A stretch of 64,000 nucleotides of DNA from Octopus sinensis (Eukaryota), in the NCBI RefSeq assembly GCF_006345805.1, contig NC_043008.1, forward strand, positions 53,010,001 to 53,074,000, read 5' to 3'. Positions 13,096-23,969 of the stretch are shown here, piece after piece; positions within the stretch are counted from its first letter, which is position 1, and every line of letters starts with the position of its first letter. The notes beneath the pieces are model-generated. The model was not told the DNA's origin. It saw nothing but the letters and a program-made list of their open reading frames with translations, and did not search any database. The position numbers and the translations under genes are program-made.

Positions 13096-13578
13096 TGTGT
13101 GTGTCTGTGTGTGTGTGTAGAAATGTACATGTATGTATGTTTGCAAACTTTCACCCAATGTATTGAGTGCACTTTCGGCTGTCTATTCACTCGTGTATAT
13201 ATATATATACATGTGTGTCCGTGTATGTGTGAGTTTGTGTGTGTGTGTGTGTGTATGTGTCTGTGTCTGTGTGTGTAGAAATGTACATGTATGTATGTTT
13301 GTAAACTTTCACCCAATGTATTGAGTGCACTTTCGGCTGTCTATTCACTCGCGTATATATATATATATATATATACATGTGTGTCCGTGTGTGTGTGTGT
13401 GTTTGTACGTCACTATGTCTATGTGTGTGTGTAGAAATGTACATGTATGTATGTTTGTAAACTGTTACCCAATGTATTGAGTGCACTTTCGGCTGTCCAT
13501 TCACTCGTGTATATATATATATACATGTGTGTCCGTGTATGTGTGTGTGTGTGTATGTGTGTTGTGTATGTGTGTGTG

Positions 13579-13612
<34 letters not shown>

Positions 13613-13738
13613 GTGTGTGTGTAGAAAAGTACGTGTATGTATGTTTGTAAACTTTTACCCAATTTATTGAGTGCACTTTCGGCTGTCCACTCACTCGTGT
13701 ATATATATATATACATGTGTATGCGTGTGTGTGTGCCC

Positions 13739-13777
<39 letters not shown>

Positions 13778-13911
13778 GAAAAGTACACGTATGTATGTTT
13801 GTAAACTTTCACCCAATGTATTGAGTGCAATTTCGGCTGTCTATTCACTCGTGTATATAAACATGTGTTGTCTGTATGAGTGTGTATCTGTCTGTGTGTG
13901 TGTGTGTGTGT

Positions 13912-13912
<1 letters not shown>
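12971..13912. repeat. Six-unit composite satellite: ~85-bp conserved core plus variable (TA)n/(GT)n spacer
   Basis: Core AGAAATGTACATGTATGTATGTTTGTAAACTTTCACCCAATGTATTGAGTGCACTTTCGGCTGTCTATTCACTCGTGT starts at 12971, 13119, 13277, 13433, 13623 and 13777. Confidence 0.92.
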
Positions 13913-13954
<42 letters not shown>

Positions 13955-14170
13955 CAGTAACAATAGTAGTAGAAAAAATTGCGGTTACCCACAATTGAAC
14001 TACACGTCTCATTACAAACAATACACAAATTATAAACGAAAATAAATGGAAAACGTGTCACATCAGATATTTTTATATTATTAAATATTATACACACCCA
14101 AAAAATTCAATCTAACTCTTTCTCTCCCCCCCCCCCCCCTCACATATATATACATGTGTTATACATGTAG

Positions 14171-14214
<44 letters not shown>

Positions 14215-14224
14215 TATATTTAAA

Positions 14225-14420
14225 TTAAAGCAGCAGAAAATTCAACAAAAATCTGTTACTCTGAGTTTTTCTAGCAAAAACCTGTCCGACGAACGGCAAC
14301 GAGAAACTCAGTAACAGATTTTGTTGAATTTTCTGCTGCTTTAAATAAGCATATTACTCTACCACTGGTATTTAGTACTCTTTTTCCTACCTTGTTTCAC
14401 ATTTATGTTTTACTCCGGTA
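14225..14420 (+). mobile_element. Palindromic element carrying a hammerhead-like core (Penelope-like terminal remnant)
   Basis: Arms 14225-14272 and 14302-14344 (TTAAAGCAGCAGAAAATTCAACAAAA-TCTGTTACT) are inverted copies; a hammerhead-like motif spans 14277-14322. Confidence 0.55.
14277..14322 (+). ncRNA. Minimal type I hammerhead ribozyme-like motif (degenerate: U4C, A x A at base of stem II)
   Basis: AAAAC-CTGT / CCGACGA / A-CG-GCAA-CG-A / GAAAC-TCA-GTA / ACAG-A-TTTT; stem I is 4+4 bp. Confidence 0.5.
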
Positions 14421-14968
14421 TATATATATATATATATTATACTATTTTATATATATATTATATTTCTTATATTATATTATATTATATTATATTATATTAT
14501 ATTTATATAATTATATATACACTCACGCGTACACACACACACACACATCTATATAACAGAGACATGTGTTTTCTATTTTGTTTTTCTGGTTTTTTTGTAA
14601 TATTTTGTGTTGTTTTCTGGGCGTTTCTCTAGATTATTCGTTCGTTTCCTTTTTCGTTCGATCCGTTCGTTTTCACTGATATATTTTAGAATAATTTATT
14701 CCTTACTCTTTCGATCTTTTTACCATTCTTATAAAACAAAAAAAAAATAAAAAAACAAACAAACAAAAAAGGGGAGCGAAAAAGAAAAAAAAAAGACATC
14801 AACACCTGCGTAATCACGCATGCGCACACATAAGTGCATTGCACGCTACGCCAAAACACACACAAACATACGCACATTCGCTTGTCTCGGACATACATAC
14901 ATATTACTATGCTGGCCACTTCAGTTTTCTCCACATGTTGATGTTGATGATGGTGATGGTGTTGGTGC

Positions 14969-15138
14969 GCGACGTTCTGGGTTCAAATTCCGCCGAGGTC
15001 GACTTTGCCTTTCATCCTTTCGGGGTCGATAAATTAAGTACCAGTTACGCACTGGGGTCGATGTAATCGACTTAATACCAATGTCTGTCCTTGCTTGTTC
15101 TCTCTGTGTTTACCCCTTTCTGGGCAATAAAGAAATAG
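14969..15138 (+). mobile_element. Family-B SINE, 5'-truncated
   Basis: GGGTTCAAATTCCGCCGAGGTCGAC...GGGCAATAAAGAAATAG. Confidence 0.85.
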
Positions 15139-15968
15139 ATGGTTGAAAATTCCTTAGATTTTAGCATTAGCGTGACGCGAACTGTTGACCACGGCTTTCG
15201 CAGTCCCTCCCTCCATCCTTCCTTCTTTCTCCGCTCGGTCTAAACTGTATTCGTCCACAAAACAAACTTTGCAACGTCCCGCAACTAGCGATTACATTTC
15301 TCAGCAGCAAAAGTTTACCAAAGTTCCATAATTCCAGAACTTCTTGCAGACACTGCAACAGAGAAATATCGATCGTTATTGGCATGATACGCAGAGACGC
15401 TCGCGCGCGCGTTCGAGCACACAGAATTACGTACGCAGACACACACACGCACACACACGCACACACAGCCGTACATAGACATTGACAAATACACACGCTC
15501 AAATACACACACACAGAGATACACACACACACACACACACACCACAATCGAATACATACACACACATACACGCGTGTATACAAACGCTCATATGTAAACA
15601 AACATTCATATTTGTGTGAGCGCGCGTCTGTACGGATATGGGCGCGGGCAAATGTGCGTGTGCGTGAGAGAGAGAGAGAGACAGAGAAAGAGAGAGACAG
15701 AGAGAGAGAGAGGAGAGAGAGAGAGAGACAGTGTCAGACAGACAGACAGACAGAAACAGAAACAGAGACAGAGACAGAGGGACAGTATACAAGCGGACAC
15801 GTGCAGAAGCTCTCATAAACAGAAGCAATAAACATATATAAAACATACATATAAATATTGACAAACGCACAACGTTATATAGACAGATAGATAGGTAGAT
15901 AGATAGACAGACAGACGGACGGACGGACAGACGGACGGACGGACAGACAGACAGACAGACAGACAAAC

Positions 15969-16035
<67 letters not shown>

Positions 16036-16145
16036 CACAGATAAAAAGACAGAAAGACAGACAGACAGATAGACTGATCGATAGATAAACAGGCAGACGA
16101 CAAGTTGATAGATAGATTGAGAGAGGGAGATAGATAGATAGACAC

Positions 16146-16186
<41 letters not shown>

Positions 16187-16204
16187 AGATAGATAGATAG
16201 ATAT

Positions 16205-16256
<52 letters not shown>

Positions 16257-16329
16257 TTCTGTGTGCGAGAGCCTGTTCTATATATAATTGAATTTATGAT
16301 AATATATACATAAACATATGCATATATAA

Positions 16330-17270
16330 ATACATACATGTGTACATACATATATTCATGCATACATACATACATACATACATACATACATACATGCATA
16401 CATACATACATACATACATACATACATGCATACATACATACAACATACATACATACATATACATACTACATACATACATACATACTACATACACATACAT
16501 ACATACATACATACATACATGATACATACATACATACATACATACATACATACATACATGCATACATACATAACATACATACATACATACATACATACAT
16601 GCATACATAAATACATACATACATACATACATACATACATGCATACATACATACATACATACATACATACATACACACATACATACATACTACATACATA
16701 CATACATACATACATACATACAAAATACATACATACCACATACATACTCCATACATACATACATACCTACATACATACATGCATACATACATACATATAC
16801 ATACATACATGCATCATACATAACATACATGCATAATACATACTTACATACATACATACGACATACAACATACATGCATACATACATACATACATACATA
16901 CATACATACATACACACTACATACATACATACTACATACATACATGCATACATACATACATACATACATACATACATGCATACATACATACATACTACAT
17001 ACATACATACATACATACATGCATACATACATACATACATACATACATACATACATCACATACATACATACATACATACATACATACATACATACATACA
17101 TACACACATAACATACATACATACAGCATACATACATGCATACATACATACATACATACATACATGCATACATACATACATACATACATACATACATACA
17201 TACATACATACATACATGCATACATACATACATACATACATACAATATACATACATACATACACACATAC
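16330..17270. repeat. Very long (CATA)n microsatellite, preceded by (GATA/GACA)n at ~15880-16255
   Basis: Directly visible tetranucleotide repeats; source of the many HTYI/MYVC ORFs. Confidence 0.97.
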
Positions 17271-17348
17271 ATATATGTAAATACACACATACACATGCAC
17301 ATACACACATACACACACAGAAAATAACAACGCTGCCAAAACACAAGG

Positions 17349-17490
17349 GAGAGGCCGCTAGGTAATCACTTGAGCTGCTAGAAATAGCAACGAAGAGATA
17401 AGTAACCACTCACTCGAGCCGCTAGAAATAGCAACGAAAGGAGAGGCCGCTTGGAAATCACTCGAGCTGCTAGAAATAGCAACGAAATGT
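17349..17490 (+). repeat. Three local copies of a dispersed motif CACTCGAGCTGCTAGAAATAGCAACGAA
   Basis: Copies near 17367, 17411 and 17460. The related CTAGAAATAGCAGCCAAAT motif recurs near 23125, 33655, 39525, 47800 and 52080, so it is probably a repeat-family fragment. Confidence 0.75.
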
Positions 17491-17707
17491 CACTCAAAAA
17501 CACTGATCTTGTACAGCTATAAACATTATCCAGTATGGCATTGCTATTTCTAGCAAGCGGGTTGATTTGCAGAGAGATTCCTGTCCGAGTTCCGTGTCGT
17601 CAACGCCGCCGCAATCGTTGTCGTTGTCGGCGTCATCGTTGTCGGCGTCATCGTTGTCGGCATCATCGTTGTTGCTTCCAGTTCTGCAGAACAAGAATCA
17701 GGGTGTA

Positions 17708-17917
17708 TTATTCTTTTATTCGTTTATTTGTTTCAGTCAATTGACTGCGGCCATGCTGGAGTACACAGCCCGAGAATGGTTTTTTTTTAAACTTTTTTTT
17801 TAGTCGAAGAAACCGATCCTAGGGCTTATTTCTTAAGCTTAGTACTTGGCTTATCGTTCTCTTTTGCCAAACCACTATGATTCGAGGACGTAAACACACC
17901 AAACACCGATTTACATA

Positions 17918-17993
<76 letters not shown>

Positions 17994-18023
17994 ATAATAA
18001 TAAATCTCTGAACGAGGAAGAAG

Positions 18024-18055
<32 letters not shown>

Positions 18056-18100
18056 GTGTGTGACGGGCTTCTTTCAGTTTCCGTCTACCAAAAGTACTCA
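17708..18100 (-). mobile_element. Family-C tRNA-SINE (headless), internal (TA)n expanded
   Basis: TTTCAGTCAATTGACTGCGGCCATGCTGG...GACGGGCTTCTTTCAGTTTCCGTCTACCAAA matches the other family-C copies. Confidence 0.75.
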
Positions 18101-18159
18101 GTTACATGTGTAGGTGTGTGTGTGTGTGTATTGTAATCTTTCGACTATCCCAGGTGTTT

Positions 18160-18358
18160 CAACCCAAAACACCTCGCGATAGGTGAAAAACCGCGAAGTA
18201 GAAACACTTCTGTATATTTTTTTAATCATTTTTATAATTTGTATATATTTATTTAATGATAAATGCAAAACAACAGCGGAATCGACATAAGCTTAAATAC
18301 TAAACCGCGATAAGTGAACCGTGATAAGTGATCCTCGATATGGCGAGGGATTACTGTA
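18160..18358. mobile_element. Right end of a pogo/Tigger-like (Tc1-mariner superfamily) non-autonomous DNA transposon
   Basis: Ends ...GATATGGCGAGGGATTACTG|TA (reverse: TA|CAGTAATCCCTCG), with internal repeated AACCGCGATA(A/G)GTGAA motifs typical of such termini. Partner TIR not seen. Confidence 0.55.
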
Positions 18359-19060
18359 CACATCTGTGTGTGTGTGTGTGTATAAATGTATACATATATC
18401 GGTTTGTTCATGTGTGTGTGTATTTGTGTATATAGAGATATATTATGTACATATGCGTTTATAATATATAGATACATATACTATGTGTGAGTGTTTGTGT
18501 GTGTGCGTACAGGTATATCTCCTCTTGTTCTAGAAGAAAAGGAGACACGTGGAACAGAGAGTCGCTGAAGAGGTCACGGGGTGTGTGACGGAAGAGCTTC
18601 GACAAAGGAACTAAAATGATTAGAGTAAAGCTGAAGTGAAGACCCAAAAAAACAGTGCGTGTGTTTGAGTGGCGAAATATGACCATCCTCAAGTGTAACA
18701 ATATCAGTTTCAACACACGATTTCACATCAAGTGCCTTGCAAAACAAATACATAAAAAAGTATATATAGATATATATATATATACATATCTATATGCACA
18801 TATATATATACACACATATATATATATATGTATATATATATGTGTGTGTGTATATGTATATATCTATATATGTACATATATATGCACACATATATATATA
18901 TATATGCACATATACGTATAAATATATATGTATGTATATATATACATATATATATATGTATATATATCTGTATATATGATTGATTAAAAAACGGAAAAAA
19001 CAGATGTAGAATGGACGTAGCACATGCAAAGCATTAATAGGACGCTCCATGAAGGAAAAA

Positions 19061-19103
19061 GTGTTTGTTTTACGTTTCGAGCATAACTCTTCTTCGGAAA
19101 CAA

Positions 19104-19106
<3 letters not shown>
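19061..19106 (-). ncRNA. Minimal type I hammerhead ribozyme-like motif (U4C, extra A after A9, palindromic ACGT stem III)
   Basis: Minus strand: GTGTTGTTT / CCGAAGA-A / GAG-TTATG-CTC / GAAAC-GTA / AAACAAACAC; stem I is 9 bp with one bulge. Confidence 0.62.
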
Positions 19107-19136
<30 letters not shown>

Positions 19137-19359
19137 CACCACACACAACAGCGCAAGCACCCACACACACCACACACACACACACACACCACACACACAC
19201 GCACACGCACACACACACACCACACACACACAACACACACGCACACGCACACACACACACACACACGCACACACACACATACTCGCATACACATGCACTC
19301 ACACGTATGTATGTAGGTATGTTCACATGCATGAAAAGTGTTTATATATTATATATATA

Positions 19360-19666
19360 TCTTTATATATAAAACTGAAGTTGTGTGAGTGTCTGTCTCC
19401 TACGATTTAGATTCCTAACTACTCCCACATTTTGCGGTGCAGTTTAACCAAAAGCGGGTATCTTATAGTCGTGATTCATATCGAGCCCTTCTGGGTATTA
19501 GCGCGCGTCTACGATGAGTCTACGATTTAAAAAGAAATTTACCATAATTTTTTTCCCATTTTTAATGCATTTTTTTTGCTATTATATAAGGGAAGTAACT
19601 CTCTAAAAATGCTTATATAGTTATTTCCCTTATAAACCCGAGCAACGCAGGTCGATATACTGCTAG
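19360..19666 (+). mobile_element. Non-autonomous Helitron-like element
   Basis: 5' A|TCTTTATATATAAAACTGAAGTTG; 3' hairpin ACCCGAGCAACGCAGGT followed by CTGCTAG|T; inserted between A and T with no TSD. Confidence 0.75.
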
Positions 19667-19668
19667 TA

Positions 19669-19716
<48 letters not shown>

Positions 19717-20076
19717 GTGTGTGTATAGAATATATATCAAACATATATGCATACATTACATACATATTATTGATATATCCACGCAAACCACCCGCCATTA
19801 CCACTGACAACAGCAATACACAAATCAGCAAAAACAAAAGAAGAAAAACAAATACAACACCCATAACAACCAGCCCAGCAATAAACAGGTAAAACTGAAG
19901 ATGAGTTGCAGTTAAGACGAGGCCCAATATTTCCTTTGTTTCTAAACCTTTTTACATGTCTACGCATGTATGTGTTCGTAATTGCACGTGACAAGTGATG
20001 GTTCCGCCTAATCAATGCCGAGTAAAAGATTTCAAAATACTTACCAGTGAGTTACCATTGCTAATATTGGTTTTAA

Positions 20077-21020
20077 AATATTGGCACAAGGCAGGTAAAT
20101 TCAGGTAAATTCAGAGGCGTAGGTAAGTCGATTACATCGTCGTTCCAGAGCTGAACAGGTATTTATTTTATCGACCCCCCACGAAAGGGTTGAAAGGTAA
20201 AGTCGACCACAGCGGAATTTGAACTCAGAACGCAAAAACAGACGAAACGTCGCTAAGCTTTTTGCTTGGCGTGCTAACGATTCTTATTTCCTTTATTGCC
20301 CACAAGGGGCCTAAACATAGAGGGGACAAACAAGGAGAGACAAACGGATTAATATTGGCACAAGGCAGGTAAATTCAGAGGCGTAGGTAAGTCGATCACA
20401 TCGTCGTTCCAGAGCTGAACAGGTATTTATTTTATCGACCCCCTCACGAAAGGGTTGAAAGGTAAAGTCGACCACGGCGGAATTTGAACTCAGAACGCAA
20501 AATCAGACGAAATGTCGCTAAGCTTTTTGCTTGGCGTGCTAACGATTCTTATTTCTTTTATTGCCCACAAGGGGCCTAAACATAGAGGGGACAAACAAGG
20601 AGAGACAAACGGATTAAGTCGGTTACATCGACCCCAGGGCGTAACTGGTACTTAATTTATGGCGAGCTGTCAGAAACGTTAGCACGCCGGGCGAAATGCT
20701 TAGCGGTATTTCGTCTGCGTTACGTTGTGAGTTCAAATTCCGCCGAGGTCGACTTTGCCTTTCATCCTTTCGGGGTCGATAAATTAAGTACCAGTTACGC
20801 ACTGGGGTCGATGTAATCGACTTAATACCTATGTCTGTCCTTGTTTGTCCCCTCTGTCTTTAGCCCCTTGTGGGTAATAAAGAAATAGGTACTTAATTTA
20901 TCAACCCCGAAAGGATGAAAGAAAGGCAAAGTCGACCTCGGCGGAATTTGAACTCAGAACGCAGCGGCAGACGAAATACCACAAAGCATTTCGTCCAGTG
21001 TGCTAACAATTCTACCAGCT
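20077..21020. mobile_element. Family-B SINE complex: ~265-bp tandem duplication plus a + strand copy nested in a - strand copy
   Basis: Units start at 20077 and 20351. The nested copy 20661-20887 is flanked by the 14-bp direct repeat GGTACTTAATTTAT (20647-20660 and 20888-20901). Confidence 0.88.
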
Positions 21021-21320
21021 CATCACTCTCACCTTCACTAATTTTGGTTGATTGATATATGCCTGCTACTTGCTGATCTCTAGTTTGTCGGTTCCAAACG
21101 ATGTGCAGTTGTGGTTAGTTCTGACTGATCCGGTGTCAAGCAATTCCTTTTCAATTTACACTGATTTTAACCCCCCCCCCCTCCAAAAAAAACAGCAGTT
21201 AGGATGATTAACAATGGTTCATCGCGAATCATAAATGAACATGACTTAATGATGAAAGAGGAACCGTCTCTCCAACTCATCTACAACATCTTCGAAATAG
21301 ATAGATATAATATAATAATA

Positions 21321-21352
<32 letters not shown>

Positions 21353-21378
21353 AGTGTGTGTGTGTGTATGCATGTATG

Positions 21379-21414
<36 letters not shown>

Positions 21415-21750
21415 TGTATATACATACAACAATATTTGTGTCAACACACAAATTCACATCAACAGTCTTGCAAACCAAATACAAAATCATGTGTGGTTAT
21501 GTGTGTGTGTGTGTGTGTGTGCGTGTGCGCTCCAGCATGGCCACAGCCTTAGTGATAAAAGCATAAAGCAATACTTATATATATATATATTATATATAGG
21601 TATATTTAGATATATCCACCTAGTGGTTATCCAGTATGCTAGAAGATCACATACGATCTAACTACAAAGAAAAGAATGTTCTCTAGAGAAACTCAGCAAA
21701 CACCAGAGCACAAGCGGGTAAGACATGAAAATATATAAAAATCCAGAATT

Positions 21751-21801
21751 AATCGTGGACTGGTTTCGTCAATTACCGATAATTACTTCTTCAGTACGAT
21801 C
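21751..21801 (-). ncRNA. Minimal type I hammerhead ribozyme motif with canonical core
   Basis: Minus strand: GATCGTA / CTGAAGA-A / GT-AATTA-TCGG-TAATT-G-AC / GAAAC-CA-GTC / CACGATT; stem II is 7 bp with one bulge, stem I is 6 bp after an A x C mismatch. Confidence 0.7.
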
Positions 21802-22380
21802 GTTCCAATTCGATATAATTTGTAGAACTATACACTTGTTGTCCTTATAAAATTAGATATGTGCATAGTTCTACCGATTACATTGGGGCTATTCTAAATG
21901 TCTAAGTTCTGGCGTATGTATATATATATATATATTATTGTGCTTGGGGAGAGTTATTCTCTTTTATTTATAATAAATAGCCCCTGCTTTAGCTGCATGT
22001 ATTGGCATGTATTGCAAGAAACTGCTTGATTTCTTTCTCTAATATTTTACATAGTTCAACCAACTTAAGGTAATGTGTGAAAAACAAAACGGGAATTTTA
22101 AAGGAAATTTCTATAAAATCAGTTTTTTAAACATCAAATGCCTACAGGGGTCCACCAGAATAAAAGAGTAATCAGAAAAACGGTTGAGAACCCTGCCGTA
22201 CACCAACATGTTTCTTTGGTACCTGTCACCTTCCGTTACTGACGACATTCACATGGTTCTCTTATATGGCATCTGTTGCCTGACATCTGTCGCCTGTAAT
22301 TCAATATCTGGCATATTTTGTCTGGCATTTCCCACCTGTCATCTAACATTTTTAATCTGACATGTGGTATCTCGCAGCCA

Positions 22381-23045
22381 TAGGGTTTCTCAACCATTTC
22401 TTTTCATCTATGGACATCTTTGATTACAGTTTTGTTCAAGTGGACACCCAGAGGCCATATTCGATATTTAAAAACTAGTTTTATAGAAACTTCTTTCAAA
22501 GTCCATGTTTAGTTTTTCACACATTAACTTGTATAGGTTGAACTATGTAAAATATTTTATTTATTTATTTATTTATTTATGCGCCCTTTTCAAGGCTAGC
22601 CAGGCTCATGGACCCGGTTTCTGTGGCGTATGTGTTCCCCCCAGCTGGACGGGACGCAAGTCCATTGCAGCGTTACTCAAGAAACAGGAAGAAAGAGTGA
22701 GAGAAAGTTGGGGTGAAAGAGTACAATAGGGGTCACCACCACCCACTGCCGGAGCCTCATGGAGCTTTAGGTATTTTCGCTCAATAAACACACACAACAC
22801 CCGGTCTGGGAATCGAAACCGCGATCCTCCGACCGCGAGTCCGCTGCCCTAATCACTGGGCCATTGCGCCTCCACGTGTAAAATATTAGAGAAAGAAATT
22901 TAGTTGTTTCTTGCAATACATACCAATACATACATTTGAAGCAAAGTTTTGCAGGGGCCCTTGAAATGCTATTGTGGATCTCCAATTTATTATTTTGTAG
23001 CACGGACCCCCAAAAATCTTATATGGACCCTCAGAGGCCATCTGG
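22381..23045. mobile_element. hAT-like MITE interrupted by a family-A SINE; a second, oppositely oriented end lies at 22091-22195
   Basis: Terminus TAGGGTTTCTCAACC resembles CAGGGGTTCTCAAC-type hAT TIRs, and GGACCC(C) sub-terminal motifs occur near 23003-23030. 22091-22195 is the reverse complement of 22381-22504. Confidence 0.55.
22555..22873 (-). mobile_element. Family-A tRNA-SINE, full length with (TAAA)n tail
   Basis: Reverse complement of the 659-960 element, with head GGAGGCGCAATGGCCCAGTG and (TTTA)n on the + strand at 22555-22580. Confidence 0.88.
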
Positions 23046-23464
23046 TCTAAAATCTGTTGTCGTCCATAACTCTCGTTCTCTATAGTTAAACTCAACGATG
23101 TAGCCTCTTAGCCATCACTCGACGTTGCTACAAATAGCAACCAAATGTCACTTAGTATCACCTTGCCGTTTAAAAAAACACAGAAAGACACATTCAGCAA
23201 CGTAGTCCCAGATACACTATGTTTGAAAAAAAAAAAAACATAGACAGCATGGTTCGAGATTGAATAAGACAGTAAGTATACGAAAGCAATAGCAACAAGA
23301 CAATGTCAAAAGTCGGCAAGATTTGATCAAAGACGCTCCAACATTGACCCTATCGTCTTTTCTTCAGATATTTCTTTAGGACTGCATTATCCAATCTGTC
23401 ATTCCTATCGTTGCTGTTGTCGTCGTTGTTGTTGTGGTTGTTGTTGATGATAATGATGATGATT

Positions 23465-23495
<31 letters not shown>

Positions 23496-23969
23496 AGGAG
23501 GAGGAGGATGCTATTGTTTAGCTCAAGTCACCTCTTACCGAGCAAACAGATGGCCAAAGACGTTCTAGCAGTGACCATCCAGTTTCCAAACACGGGGCAC
23601 ATGTGAAAGCATTTTCTTAGTGCATTCTTGCTGTTTTAAAACTGAAGATTGTGATTTGAGGGATATATGACTGTTATTTCTAGCCGATTATCCATCACTT
23701 AGAGATCCACTCATTAACCTTTTTTCATTCATTCATTCACTTAGTGTTCCTGCGATTAAAATATGGAAGCCACGCCATATGAATGACTGTAAGCGACCAG
23801 AAATATTCTGGAGTTGGTTTAATAGAGTTAAATCTTTCTCTATAAAAAAGAAATACCAATATCTTTTGTCTGTTCCAGTCAAAGGACTACGACCATGCTG
23901 GAGCACCGATTGAAAGTGATTTTGGTCGAATAAATCGACCCTAGTACTTAGTTTTTAAAAGATTGTTAC

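Noticed and set aside
12971-13912. CRISPR-like repeat-spacer appearance
   Set aside because: The context is eukaryotic, the repeats are ~85 bp, the spacers are simple microsatellites, and there are no cas genes.
23315-23375. Minus-strand CTGAAGA followed by a perfect 7-bp stem
   Set aside because: It is followed by GATC rather than GAAA and has no stem I; not a supportable hammerhead.
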